DNA of 62,851 nucleotides, filler included, from Chiloscyllium plagiosum (lineage: Eukaryota), in the NCBI RefSeq assembly GCF_004010195.1. It is 4 parts of 2 records of this genome, joined end to end, with 100 filler letters (N's around TTAATTAATTAA, not from the genome) between each part and the next. Parts side by side here need not be neighbours in the genome. Positions count along the whole stretch, not along the records: positions 21,155 to 35,342 come from NC_057713.1; positions 35,443 to 55,582 come from NC_057713.1; 2 more parts are not named here. One strand, given 5' to 3'. Numbering within the stretch: the first letter of the stretch is position 1; each line of letters starts with the position of its first letter. This document shows, one piece after another, positions 24,745-35,890 of the stretch. A model generated the notes under the pieces. It was not told the DNA's origin and ran no database searches. It was given only the letters and a program-made list of their open reading frames with translations. A program made the position numbers and the translations under genes.

Positions 24745-27497
24745 GTTGGCAACTAAATGTTCCAGGAAACAGATGCTTCAAGACAGGACAGGGAGGGAAG
24801 TAAAAGGAGTTGCACTGCTAATCAGGAATGATGTCACGGCTGTGCTAAAGGAGGACACTATGGAGGGCTTGAGCAGTGAGGCATTATGGGTAGAACTGAG
24901 AAATAAGAAGGGTGCAATTACATTGTTGGGGCTGTACTACAGGGCTCCCAACAGTGAGCGTGAGATAGAATAACAAATAGGTACACAGATTATGAAAAGA
25001 TGGAGAGGCAACAGGGTGGTGGTGATGGAAGAGTTTAATTTTCCCGCCATTGACTGGCATACACTTAGTGTCAAAGGTCTGGATGGGGCAGAATTTGAAA
25101 GCAACGTCCAGGAGAGTTTTCTAGAGCAGTATGTCAATAGTCTGACGAAGGAAGGGGCCATATTGGACCTGGTGCTGGGGAATGAGCCAGGCCAGGTGGT
25201 AGAAGTTGTGGTGGGGGATTTCTTTGGGAATAGTCACCACAATTCTGTAAGTTTTAGAATACTTGTAGACAAAGATGAGAGTGATCCTAAGGGAAGAATA
25301 CAAAACTGGACCAAGGCCAATTATATCAAAATTAGGCAGGAGTTGGGAAATGTGGACTGGACACAACTATTTAAAGGAAAATCCACATTTGATATGTGGG
25401 AGGCTTTCAAAGGTAGGTTGAAGATAATGCAGGCTTGGCATGTCCCTTTGAAAACAAGAGATTGGAAAGGCAAGATTCGTGAACCGTGGATGAAAAGAGA
25501 AATTGTGCGACTAGCCAAGAGGAAAAGGGAAGCGTACATAAGGTCCAGGCAGCTAAGAACAGAACAGGCCCTGGAGGAATATTGGAAAAGTAGAACCAGT
25601 CTTAAACGAGGAATCAAGTGGGTTAAAAGGAGTCATGAAATTACTTTAATGAGCAGAATAAGGAGAATTCCAAGGCCTTTTATTCATATAAGAGGCAAGA
25701 GGGTAACTAGAGAAAGGGTTGGTCCACTAGAGGATACGGAAGGAAGGTTGTGTGTCGAACCTGAGAAAATGGGTGAGATTCTTGATGATTATTTTGCAAT
25801 AGCGTTCACTGAGGAGAGGAACATGATTAATCTTGAGATTAGAGGTAGAACTTTGATTAGTCTGGATCACGTTGACATAAGGAGGGAAGACATGTTGGGT
25901 AGGCTAAAGTATATTAAGGTGGACAAATCCCCAAGACCAGATGGGATCTAATCCAGGTTGCTGAGTGAGGCGAGAGAGGAAATAGCTGGAGCCCTGACAG
26001 ATATCTTTATAGCATCCTTAAATACAGGTGAGGTGCCGGAGGACAGGCAAGTTGCTAATGTTGTCTCCCTGTTCAAGAAGGGTAGTAGGGATATTCCAGG
26101 TAACTATAGACCAGTGAGCCTGATGTCAGTGGTGGGAAAGTTGCTGGAGAAGGTACTAAGCAATAAAATCTATTTATATTTGGAAAAAAATGGGCTTATC
26201 AGTGATAAGCAACATGGTTTTATATGGGGGAGATCATGCTTTACCAACTTAATGGAGTTCTTTGAACAAGTGACTACGTTGATAAATGACGAAGGCTTGT
26301 AGATGTCATATACATGGACATTAGTAAGGCGTTTGATAAGGTTCCCATGGTAAACTAATGGAGAAAGTGAAGTCACATGGTGTTCAGGATGTTCTAGCTA
26401 GGTGGATAAAGAACTGGTTGAGCAACAGGAGACAGAGAGTAGTAGTTGAAGGGAGTTGCTCGAAATGGAGAAAAGTGAGTAGTGTTGTTTCACAGATATT
26501 AGTGTTGGAGCCACTGTTGTATGTGATATACATAAATGATCTAGAAAAGGGCATTGCTGGTCTGATCAGTAAGTTTGCAGATGACACGAAGATTGGTGGA
26601 GTAGCAGAAAGCAGAGGGGACTGTCAAAGAATGCAGGAGAATATAGATAGACTGGAGAATTGGGCGGAGAAGTGGCAGATGGAGTTCAATCCGGGCAAAT
26701 GTGAGGTGACTCATTTTGGGAAGTCTAATTCTAGAGTGAACTGTACTGTAAAGGGAAGATCCTTGGGAAAAGTTGATGAGCAGAGAGATCTGGGAGTTCA
26801 GGTCCATTGTACCCTGAAGGTGGCTGCACAGGTGGATAGAGTGGTCAAGAAGGCATATGGTATGCCTGCTTTCATTGGATGGGGCATTGAGTTTAAGAGC
26901 TGGTAGGTCGTGTTAAAATTGTACAAGACATTGGTTTGGCCGCATTTAGAATACTGTGTACAGTTCTGGGTGCCACATTACCAAAATGATGTGGATGCTT
27001 TTGGAGAGGGTGCAGAGAAGGTTTACGAGGAAATTACCTGGTATGGAAGGTGCTAGCTATGAAGAGAGGTTGAGTAGGTTAGGATTGCTTTCATTAGAAA
27101 AAAGGAGATTGACGGGGGACCTGATTGAGGTCTTCAAAATCATGAAGGGCATAGACAGGGTGGATAGAGATGAGCTTTTTCCCAGGGTGAGGGATTCAAT
27201 AACAAGAGGTCATGTGTTCAAGGTGAGAGGTGAGAAGTTTAAGGGGGATACACACAGCAAGTACTTTACACAGAGGGTGGTAGGTGCCTGGAAGGCGTTG
27301 CCAGCAGAGGTGGTAGAGGCAGGCATGATAGATTCATTTAAGGTGCGTCTGGACAGATGCATGAGTAGGTGGGGAGCAGAGGAATACAGATGCTTAGGAA
27401 TTGGGCAATAGGTTTAGACACTGGATTTGGACCAGCTCAGGATTGGAGGGCCGAAGGGTCTGTTCCTGGGCTGTAAATTTCCTTTGTTCTTTGTTCG
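24745..27497 (+). mobile_element. CR1 LINE, nearly complete ORF2 (EN and RT) with stops and frameshifts
   Basis: Motifs GLYYRAPNS, ILDLVLGNEP, NYRPVSLMSVVGK, KFADDTK; (TTTGTTC) tail. Confidence 0.95.
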
Positions 27498-27734
27498 ATT
27501 AGCTGATTTCCCAGTCTGATGAATGACAAAAGATGGAATGAGTTAGCTTAAAGCTCAAGGTCTCTAAAGCCCCATCCAGAGCATTCAACAAAAAAAATAA
27601 AGAAAACACAAAACCACCTTTCACACTTTTAGGCTTAAAATAATACAGTTTAAAAAACTGTTTCAGGTAATACCCCAACTCACTGAAGCCACAGTATCTC
27701 CTGAGGACTGATGATTAGGTGCACACCACCTAGT

Positions 27735-28142
27735 TCTATCAGCCACACCGGCTCCTGCCCACCAACTGTTCCATTTTAATATTCTCAGTCACAGTAAAAG
27801 CTATCCATTGCCAATTACTTATTTCTTTATCTGTCACCTCTTTCAGTCCTGTTAGCTTTTGTGAACCATGAATATTTCCGATTCTGGCCTCAGGCACCCA
27901 CTTCCACTTGCTTCTCTCCCATCGAGGTTTTAAAATAATTTCCTCCTTAAGCCTCTCCAGCATTCTCTTCTCCCTTACAACACTTTGTATGAGCTTTTGC
28001 TTTGATTATGTTTTTGGTCATCTGTGCTAATGATTTTAGTCTTTAATGCAGTGTTCCTTTTTTTTTGACTGTTTATGCTTTTGTGAAGTGCCTTCGATGT
28101 TAACTGCATTAAAAAGGTACAAAATCAATACAAGCTGCTGCT
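27735..28142 (+). mobile_element. Old L2-like LINE 3' end
   Basis: Degenerate L2-type 3' region ending gtgaagtgccttcgatg..caagctgctg. Confidence 0.45.
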
Positions 28143-28246
28143 CTACACCACTGCACTTCATGAGATTCATAGATAAACAGAGAGGTATACAATCCCTGTG
28201 TTCCCAAAAAATAGCTAGTAAATAGTTTTGTTATGAACTATATTCA

Positions 28247-28512
28247 GCTATTACAAGGGGGCATAGCTTTAAATTAAGGGGGGGTAGGTATAGGACAGAT
28301 GTTAGGGGTAGATTCTTTACTCAGCGAGTCGTGAGTTCATGGAATGCCCTGCCAGTAGCAGTGGTGGACTCTCCCTCATTATGGGCATTTAAACGTGCAT
28401 TGGATAGGCATATGGAGGATAGTGGGCTAGTGTAGGTTAGGTGGGCTTGGATCGGCGCAACATCGAGGGCCAAAGGGCCTGTACTGCGCTGTATTTTTCT
28501 ATGTTCTATGTT
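28247..28512 (+). mobile_element. Short 5'-truncated CR1 insertion with 9-bp TSD
   Basis: CTATATTCA at 28238-28246 and 28513-28521; closely similar to 21731-21997. Confidence 0.93.
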
Positions 28513-29107
28513 CTATATTCATTATTGTAATATGAGGAAAGATGACAGCTATATTAATACATCAAAGCACCAGGAACAGTCCCTAAAAAATGACAAAATT
28601 ATCTATTGTGATGGGGTTGGTCTATTCATGCCACCAAGAGAACTTCCTCCCGGAGAATCTGTTATGGCTTGCTTTACCATTTTATCTTGTCGAAAGAAAA
28701 AGAAACCATCAAATTAGTATAGCTACTTCCATATGTGCCTGCTTAAAATATAGCTAAAGTAACAGTTATAAATACATAGGAATGCTTGTAGCAATCATTT
28801 AATCTGGACACATCAATCCAAAGATAAAAAATACTCACTGAAATTTTTAACAAGAGTATTGTTACTTGCTGCACCTGACAATATCACATATCTCTGTTAT
28901 ATTTATCTTTACTACTCAGTGTTACTGTTTCACCAATAGGCCGAGTATATTTTACCCACAAGGTTCTGGTGTTGGCTTCCAGCTTTTCAAGTGGCAAGTA
29001 AAAGGAAGGAATTAGATCTGCAGGCTGTATCACTATATTCCAAGATGTCAGCAGAGTAGGACACTTTAGCCAGAGTTCATTCTCTCTGCCCACTTCTTTC
29101 TCCCTTA

Positions 29108-30464
29108 TAGAACATAGAACAATACAGCGCAGAACAGGCCCTTCGGCCCTTGATCTGTGAACTATTCTCAGCTCATCCCCCTACACTATCCCATCATCAT
29201 TCACATGCTTATCCAAGGATTGTTTAAATCTCCCTAATGTGGCTGAGTTGACTACATTAACAGGTAGGGCATTCCACGCCCATACCACTCTCTGGAGTAA
29301 AGAACCTGCCTCTGATATCTGACTTAAATCGATCACCCTTCAATTTGTAGTTGTGCCCCCTTGTACAAGCTAACGTCATCATCCTAGGAAAAAGACTCTC
29401 ACTGTCCACCCTATCTAATCCTCTGATCATCTTGTATGTCTCTATTAAATCACCTCTTAGCCTTCTTCTTTCCATTGAGAACAGACCCAAGTCTCTCAGC
29501 CTTTCCTCATAAGACCTTCCCTCCAGACCAGGCAACGTCCTGGTAAATCTCCTCTGCACCTTTTCCAATGCTTCCACATCCTTCCCAAAATATGGTGACC
29601 AGAACTGTACACAATATTCCAAATGTGGCCGCACCAGCATTTTGTATAGTTGCAGCATGATTTTGCGGCTCTGGAACTCAATCCCTCTACAAATGAAACC
29701 TAACACACCATATGCCTTCTTAACAGCACTATCCACCTGGGGGGCAACTTTCAGGGATCTATAAACATGGACTCCAAGATCCCTCTGAACATCCACACTA
29801 CCAAGAATCTTTCCATTGACCCAGTACTCTGCCATCCTGTTATTCTTCCCAAAGTGAATCACCTCACGTTTAGTTGCATTGAACTCCATTTGCCACCTCT
29901 CAGCCCAATTCTGCAGTTTATCCAAGTCCCCCTGCAATCTGTAACATTCTTCCAAACTGTCCACTACCTCACCAACTTTAGTGTCGTCTGCAAATTTACT
30001 AATCCATCCACCTATGCCTGCATCTAAGTCATTTATAAAAATGACAAACAGCAGTGGTTCCAAAACAGATCCTTGTGGCACACCACCAGTAACCGGAATC
30101 CAGGCTGAATATTTTCTACCAACCACCACTCGCTGCCTTCTTTCAGAAAGCCAGTTTCTAATCCAAACTGCTAAATCACTCTCAATCCCACACCTCTACA
30201 TATTCTCCAACAGCCTACCATGTGAAACCTTATCAAAGGCTTTACTGAAGTCCAAGTATACCACGTCAACTGCCCTACCCTCATCTACATGCTTGGTCAC
30301 CTTCTCAAAAAACTCAATGAGGTTTGTGAGACATGACCTGCCCTTGACAAAACCATGTTGACTATCTGAAATCAAATTGTTGCTTGTTAGATGATTATAA
30401 ATCTTATCTCTCACAATCCTTTCCAAAACATTTCCTACAACAGAAGGAAGGCTCACAGGTCTAT
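29108..30464 (-). mobile_element. CR1 LINE RT and 3'UTR
   Basis: Motifs YLDFSKAFDKVSH, GVPQGSVL, KFADDTKV; 290-aa open stretch; (TTCTATG) tail. Confidence 0.95.
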
Positions 30465-31157
30465 TTTCTCTCTCTTGGAGTTTCCTTTCTTCACCCACGG
30501 CCTTAGCACTCGGCCGGTCAACCGCACGTAGCAGTATCTCTGCTCGGTCTCTCGGCAACTCATGGTGGACTCTTGGCAGCTCGTGGTGGATTCTCGACAT
30601 GGTCTCTTGGCAGTCTATCGGCCCGGTCTCCCAGCAGCTCGTGGTAGTCTCTCTGCCCGGTCTCTCGGCCCAGCATAGTGATTTCTCTGTGTGCAATTGG
30701 GTCCTGCCCGGGCATATTCTGGTGGCACCAGGAGTAAAATCGAGAAGGCAATGGCAGCAGCATTGGCATTGCAGCCCAATGCAGGAAGAACAAGTGGTGA
30801 GGGAAGTGCCCCAGTATCTGCAGTGGTGGTATCGAGACCAAGCAGCTGAGGTCTTCCAGACAGCGTGATAAGAGAAAGACTCATCAAAGACTGTTGAACT
30901 TTTAACTTAATTCCACTATCTTTTTCAGTTAAAATTAAGGATTTTAATGCTAACTATTATCTTACCCCTTCGTTTTTCTACTTATTCCATGAAGGTAATG
31001 CTAACTTTTTACACTCTGTCCCTCTTACTACTTTGTACCTAGGCACCTCTGTGCCTCAGATGGCAGTGTGTGTGGCGACATTATATATTTTTTATTGCCC
31101 TTCTGTACTTGAGTAAATGTGACAATAAAATCTCTAAAACTAAAAATCTAAATCTAT
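30465..31157 (+). mobile_element. Non-coding element with GC-rich internal tandem repeats and a Rex-Babar-like tail
   Basis: Repeated ggtctctcggcagctcgtggtgg-like units at 30540-30670. Tail ctgtacttgagtaaatgtgacaataaa-(aaatct)n resembles 15783-15830. Confidence 0.5.
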
Positions 31158-31526
31158 TTCTGGTTTTGCTTGGACCTAGTAAGGACATACATTTTGTTAG
31201 TACACTTCTACTTCAACAATAATTATTGCATTTCAAAATATTCTAAATGATGATTAATGACAACACAAAACAGGTAACATGCTAACCAGTTAAGCAACAA
31301 TTTGAGAATTATTCATCAATGTTACCTCCTAACTGGTAACAGGTGTGACATTTAGTGTATAAAGAAGGTAGGCAGATTGGAAAGGGAGATTACATGACAG
31401 ATATAATACCAGACCAAGACAAGTGTGCCTGCAAGTCTTTCCCAATTTAGCTGGAAGGTGAAACAAATAAATAACTTGGACCTAAAATAACAGATTAAAA
31501 GCTGCAGTTAAATAATACCAACTCAC

Positions 31527-31598
31527 CATAGGCACAGCAATGAGGCATTGGGTAGGGGCATCCACTGTAAATTGATGAGATCTTGAGAATAAGGGGAT
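31527..31598 (-). other. Candidate 72-nt upstream 5'UTR exon of FAM110B
   Basis: Minus strand gttcttgtttgtattttttttAG|ATCCCC...CCTATG|GTGAGT. Consensus acceptor and donor in non-repeat sequence, on the FAM110B strand. Confidence 0.6.
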
Positions 31599-32499
31599 CT
31601 AAAAAAAATACAAACAAGAACTATTAAAATATTATAGCATGCTTACATAATAATTGCATTTATTTACCATATTTTCCATAGTTAATTATTCCAAAGCACT
31701 TCACAACATCATTAGCAAACAATACTTCATAGTGGGCCAAATAAGTGAGATAGTAGTACTGACAAAGGTAAGATTTCAGGAACATTTTAGAAGGAGAATG
31801 GGAGTGGGGAAAAGAAATGAGAGAGATGTGCTAAAGAAACATGTTATTTTCTTGTCAAGTGATGTTCCTTTAAGATCAAAGTGGGCTTGGGGGGTGTATT
31901 CTGAAAAAGAAGGTTAACTGGCTTCCTGATTATGATATGATATGGTTCCAAAAAATGCTCGTGTGACCTGAAGTTGTAATGTAGATGTATAACTAAGAAG
32001 CGAAGGGTGAATAGAAATCCATCTCCAGAGCATTTGGTTCAGTCAATGTTTGCTGTTTGGTTGGTTAGAACACACAGGGTCTACACGAAGAGGAAAAAAG
32101 TAAGATTCTCTTCAAATGGAAAAGATTTGGAAACAAATCTTCTAACAGATCCTGGTTTCGATGCAGGTCCCCAAGTGTAGTGCAGAGACTGTGATTCTGT
32201 GTTTATTTTGCTGTTGGAAAGAGTGGAGAATGGAAAATGGAAAGGGAAAGGGACAGTGGGTTGGATAAATCCTACTGCCATTATCAATGCTGTCAGAGTC
32301 CACTATATTTAAAGGAGTTACAGAAGGGAATTTCTGAAGAATCTGCATCAACAGGACCATCATGACCCAAGTGAGTGGGGCTTGTAGATAGGTACGTTGT
32401 CAATGAGAACAGTGTTCAGAGACTTCTGATGGAACCCACAAGGCAAAACTATTAGATAGGAAGAGCTGGAAAGACAGTAACTAAACATTTGTGTGGCAT

Positions 32500-35342
32500 G
32501 ATGGAGGACGGGAAAAATTTCTGGCTGTAACAGGCTGCTCCTTTATTGAGGCATTTTAGGTGTTGGAGGTGATTTCCTCGAATTCCAGGAGCAGCAATTA
32601 GCTTTTTTGTTTGCTGTTGCATTGTTTTGGAACTTTGGGAAATAAAAGTCAAAACAACAGCAGTTTTAAAAGAGAGAGGAACAGACAAATGGTCAGGTCA
32701 GTGCAGGGAGAGGGAGAGAGGAGAAGTAGGGGGCGGGGAAGATAGAGAGAAAAAAAAACACACTTAACTGACACAGCAGTGAACCTGCACAGTTACTGCC
32801 TTTGCTGTTTGAATTCATGTATCGCTGGACATCGGAGTGCATCTGGGAAAATTAACAAACAGTGGAATTCACAACTAATCTTGGAGGAACCTATTTGGGA
32901 GAGGTCACAGCACAGAAACAGATAAGTGAATATTTTTAAGTGTGGCCTTACAGCAGGTCTGCAGTAGTGAGTAGAGTGGGTTCTTTCTTACTTATATGTT
33001 TTATTGAGATATGTCACTCCATTAAACTTAAACATATAAGCCTATGTATTAAGTTAGCCTGGAGCAGTGTTTTGGTAGAGGAATAAGACAGTACTATTTT
33101 CTGACTCTATAGATTGAAAGAAGCAAAAATGGCCTTTAGTAGAGTGATATGCTCTTCTTGTCAGAAGTGGGAGTTCAGGGAGAGTTTACGGGTTACTGAG
33201 GATTATATCTGCAATAAATGCCATTCGTTGCGAATCCTATCAGATTGAATGGAATGGTTGGATAGACAGTTAGAGGCAAAGAAGAATTTACTAGAGCAAG
33301 GGGATGTAATGGATGGCAGTTATAGGAAGGGAGAAAAGTTGCAGATACAGTCAAATAGATGGGTTAATTCCAAGAAAGGTAAGAGAGGTAGGCAGGTAGT
33401 GCAGGCTATCCTATTTTAAACAAGTATGCTGGTTTGGAAGAATGTAGGGGGTGATGGATTCTCGGGGGAATAGAGCACGAGCAGCCAAGTTTCTGGTATT
33501 GAGACCGACTCTAATACAATGAGGGGTATGTCGGATTCCAAGAGATCCATTGTGTTAGGGGATTCTCTAGTCCAACGCAGAGACAGACATTTCTGTGGCC
33601 AGCAGTGAAAAGTCAAAATGGTGTGTTGCCTCCCTGGTGTCAGGATCAAGGATGTCTCGGAGAAGGTGCAGAATGTTCTCAAGGGGAAAAGGAACCAGCA
33701 GGAGGTCATTGTACACATTGGAACCAACGACATAGGAAGGGAAAAGGATGAGATTCTGAAGAGAGAATATAGAGAGTTAGACAAGAATTTAAAAAGGACA
33801 TCCTTGAGAGTAGTAATATCTGGATTACTCCCGGTGCTACGAGCTAGTGAGGGCAGGAATAGGAGGATAGAGCAGATGAATGCGTGAATGAGGAGCTGGT
33901 GTATGGAAGAAGGATTCACATTTTTGGATCATTGGAATCTCTTCGGGATAGAAGTGCCCTGTACAAGGAGGACGGATTGGACCCGAATTGGAAGGGGACT
34001 ATTATGCTGGCAGGGAGATTTGCTAGAGCTGCTCAGGAGGATTGAAACTATTAAGGTCGGTTGGAAACTATTAAGGTAGTGGGACCCAAGGAGATAGTGA
34101 GGAAAGAGATCATTCAGAGACTGGTACAGTTGATAAAAGAAGCGAGTCAAACAGTCAGGGCAGGCAGGGACAAAGCAGAGAACAAGGTAGGACTGATAAA
34201 TTAAATTAAATTAAACTTATTTCAATGCAAGAGGCCTAATAGGGAAGGCAGATGAACTCGGGGCATGGTTGGAAACATGAGACTGGGATATCATAGCAAT
34301 TACAGAGCTCAGGGATGGACAGGACTGGCAGCTTAATGTTCCAGGACATACATGCTACAGGAAGGATAGAAAGGGAGGCAAGAGAGGAGGGGGAGTGGCA
34401 TTTTTGATAAGGGATAGCACTAAACTATACTGAGGGAAGATATTCTTGGAAATATATCCAGGGAGGTTATTTGGGTTGAATTGAGAAATAAGAAAGGGAT
34501 GATCACCTTAATGGGATTGGATTATAAACCACCTGATAGTCAGAGGAAAATTGAGAAACAAAGTTATGAGGAGACCTCAGTTATCTGTAAGATTAATAGT
34601 GTGGCTATGGCAGGGGATTTTAACTTTCCAAACATAGACTGGGACTGCCATAGTGTTAAAGGTTTAGATGGAGAGGAATTTGTTAAGTGTGTACAAGAAA
34701 ATGATTCAGTGTTTGGATGCACCAACTAGAGAAGGTGCAAAACTTGACCTACTCTTGGGAAATAAGGCAGGGTAACTGACTGAGGTGTCAGTGGGGGAGC
34801 ACTTTGGGGCCAGCGATCATGATTCTATTAGTTTTAAAATAGCAATGGAAAAGGATAGACCAGATCTAAAAGTTGAAGTTCTAATTTGGAGGAAGGCTAA
34901 TTTTGATGGTATTAGGCAAGAACTTTCAAAAGCTGATTGGGGGCAGATGTTCGCAGATAAAGGGATGGCTGAAAAATGGGAAGCCTTCAGAAATGAGATA
35001 ATGAGAATCCAGAGATAGTATATTCCTGTTAGGGTGAAAGGAAAGGCTGGTAGGTATAGGGAATGCTGGATGACTAAAGAAATTAAGGGTTGGTTAAGAA
35101 AAAGAAGGAAGCATTTGTCAGGTATAGACAGGATAGATCGAATGAATCCTTAGAAGAGTATAAAGGAGTAGGAGTATACTTAAGAGGGAAATCAGGAAGG
35201 CAAAAAGGGGACATGAGATAGCTTTGGCAAATAGAATTAGGGAGAATCCAAAGGGTTTTTACAAATATATTAAGGACAAAACGGTAACTAGGGAGAGAAT
35301 AGGGCCCCTCAAAGATCAGCAAGGTGGCCTTTGTGTGGAGCC
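32500..35342 (+). mobile_element. CR1 LINE 5' portion: 5'UTR, ORF1 (ATG 33129; CxxC..CxxC zinc finger plus SGNH/GDSL-like esterase) and start of ORF2; cut by a spacer
   Basis: Translations MAFSRVICSSCQKWE..YICNKC, IVLGDSLV, CCLPGVRIKDV, VHIGTNDIG, YFNARGL, GDFNFPNIDW. Confidence 0.9.
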
Positions 35343-35442
35343 NNNNNNNNNNNNNNNNNNNNNNNNNNNNNNNNNNNNNNNNNNNNTTAATTAATTAANN
35401 NNNNNNNNNNNNNNNNNNNNNNNNNNNNNNNNNNNNNNNNNN

Positions 35443-35890
35443 GCTTTGGAGGGGGTGCAGAGAAGATTTACCAGGATTTTGCCTGGAATGGAGAATAGGT
35501 CGTATGAGGATAGGTTGAGAGTGCTAGGCCTTTTGTCATTGGAACGGCGAAGGATGAGGGGTGACTTGATAGAGCTTTATAAGATGATCAGAGGAATAGG
35601 TAGAGTAGACAGTCAGAAACTTTTTCCCCGGGTACAACAGAGTGTTACAAGGGGACATAAATTTAAGGTGAAGGGTGGAAGATATGGGGGGATGTCAGGG
35701 GTAGGTTCTTTACCCAGAGAGTGGTGGGGGCATGGAGTGCGCTGCCTGTGGGAGTGGCAGAGTCAGAATCATTGGTGACCTTTAAGCGGCAATTGGATAG
35801 GTACATGAATAGGTGTTTAACTCGGACAAATGTTCAGCACAACATCGTGGGCCGAAGGGCCTGTTCTGTGCTGTATTGTTCTATGTTCTA
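35443..35890 (+). mobile_element. CR1 LINE 3' end inserted into an opposite-strand CR1
   Basis: Translation VQRRFTRILPGMENRSYEDRL; (TTCTATG) tail directly abuts minus-strand CR1 coding sequence. Confidence 0.9.

Noticed and set aside
27708..27735. CTGATGA motif
   Set aside because: No following stem II and GAAA, so not a hammerhead.
30540..30670. Short repeats as a CRISPR-like array or prokaryotic RT system
   Set aside because: Irregular degenerate minisatellite in vertebrate DNA; all RTs here are LINE or Penelope type and no cas-like genes are present.
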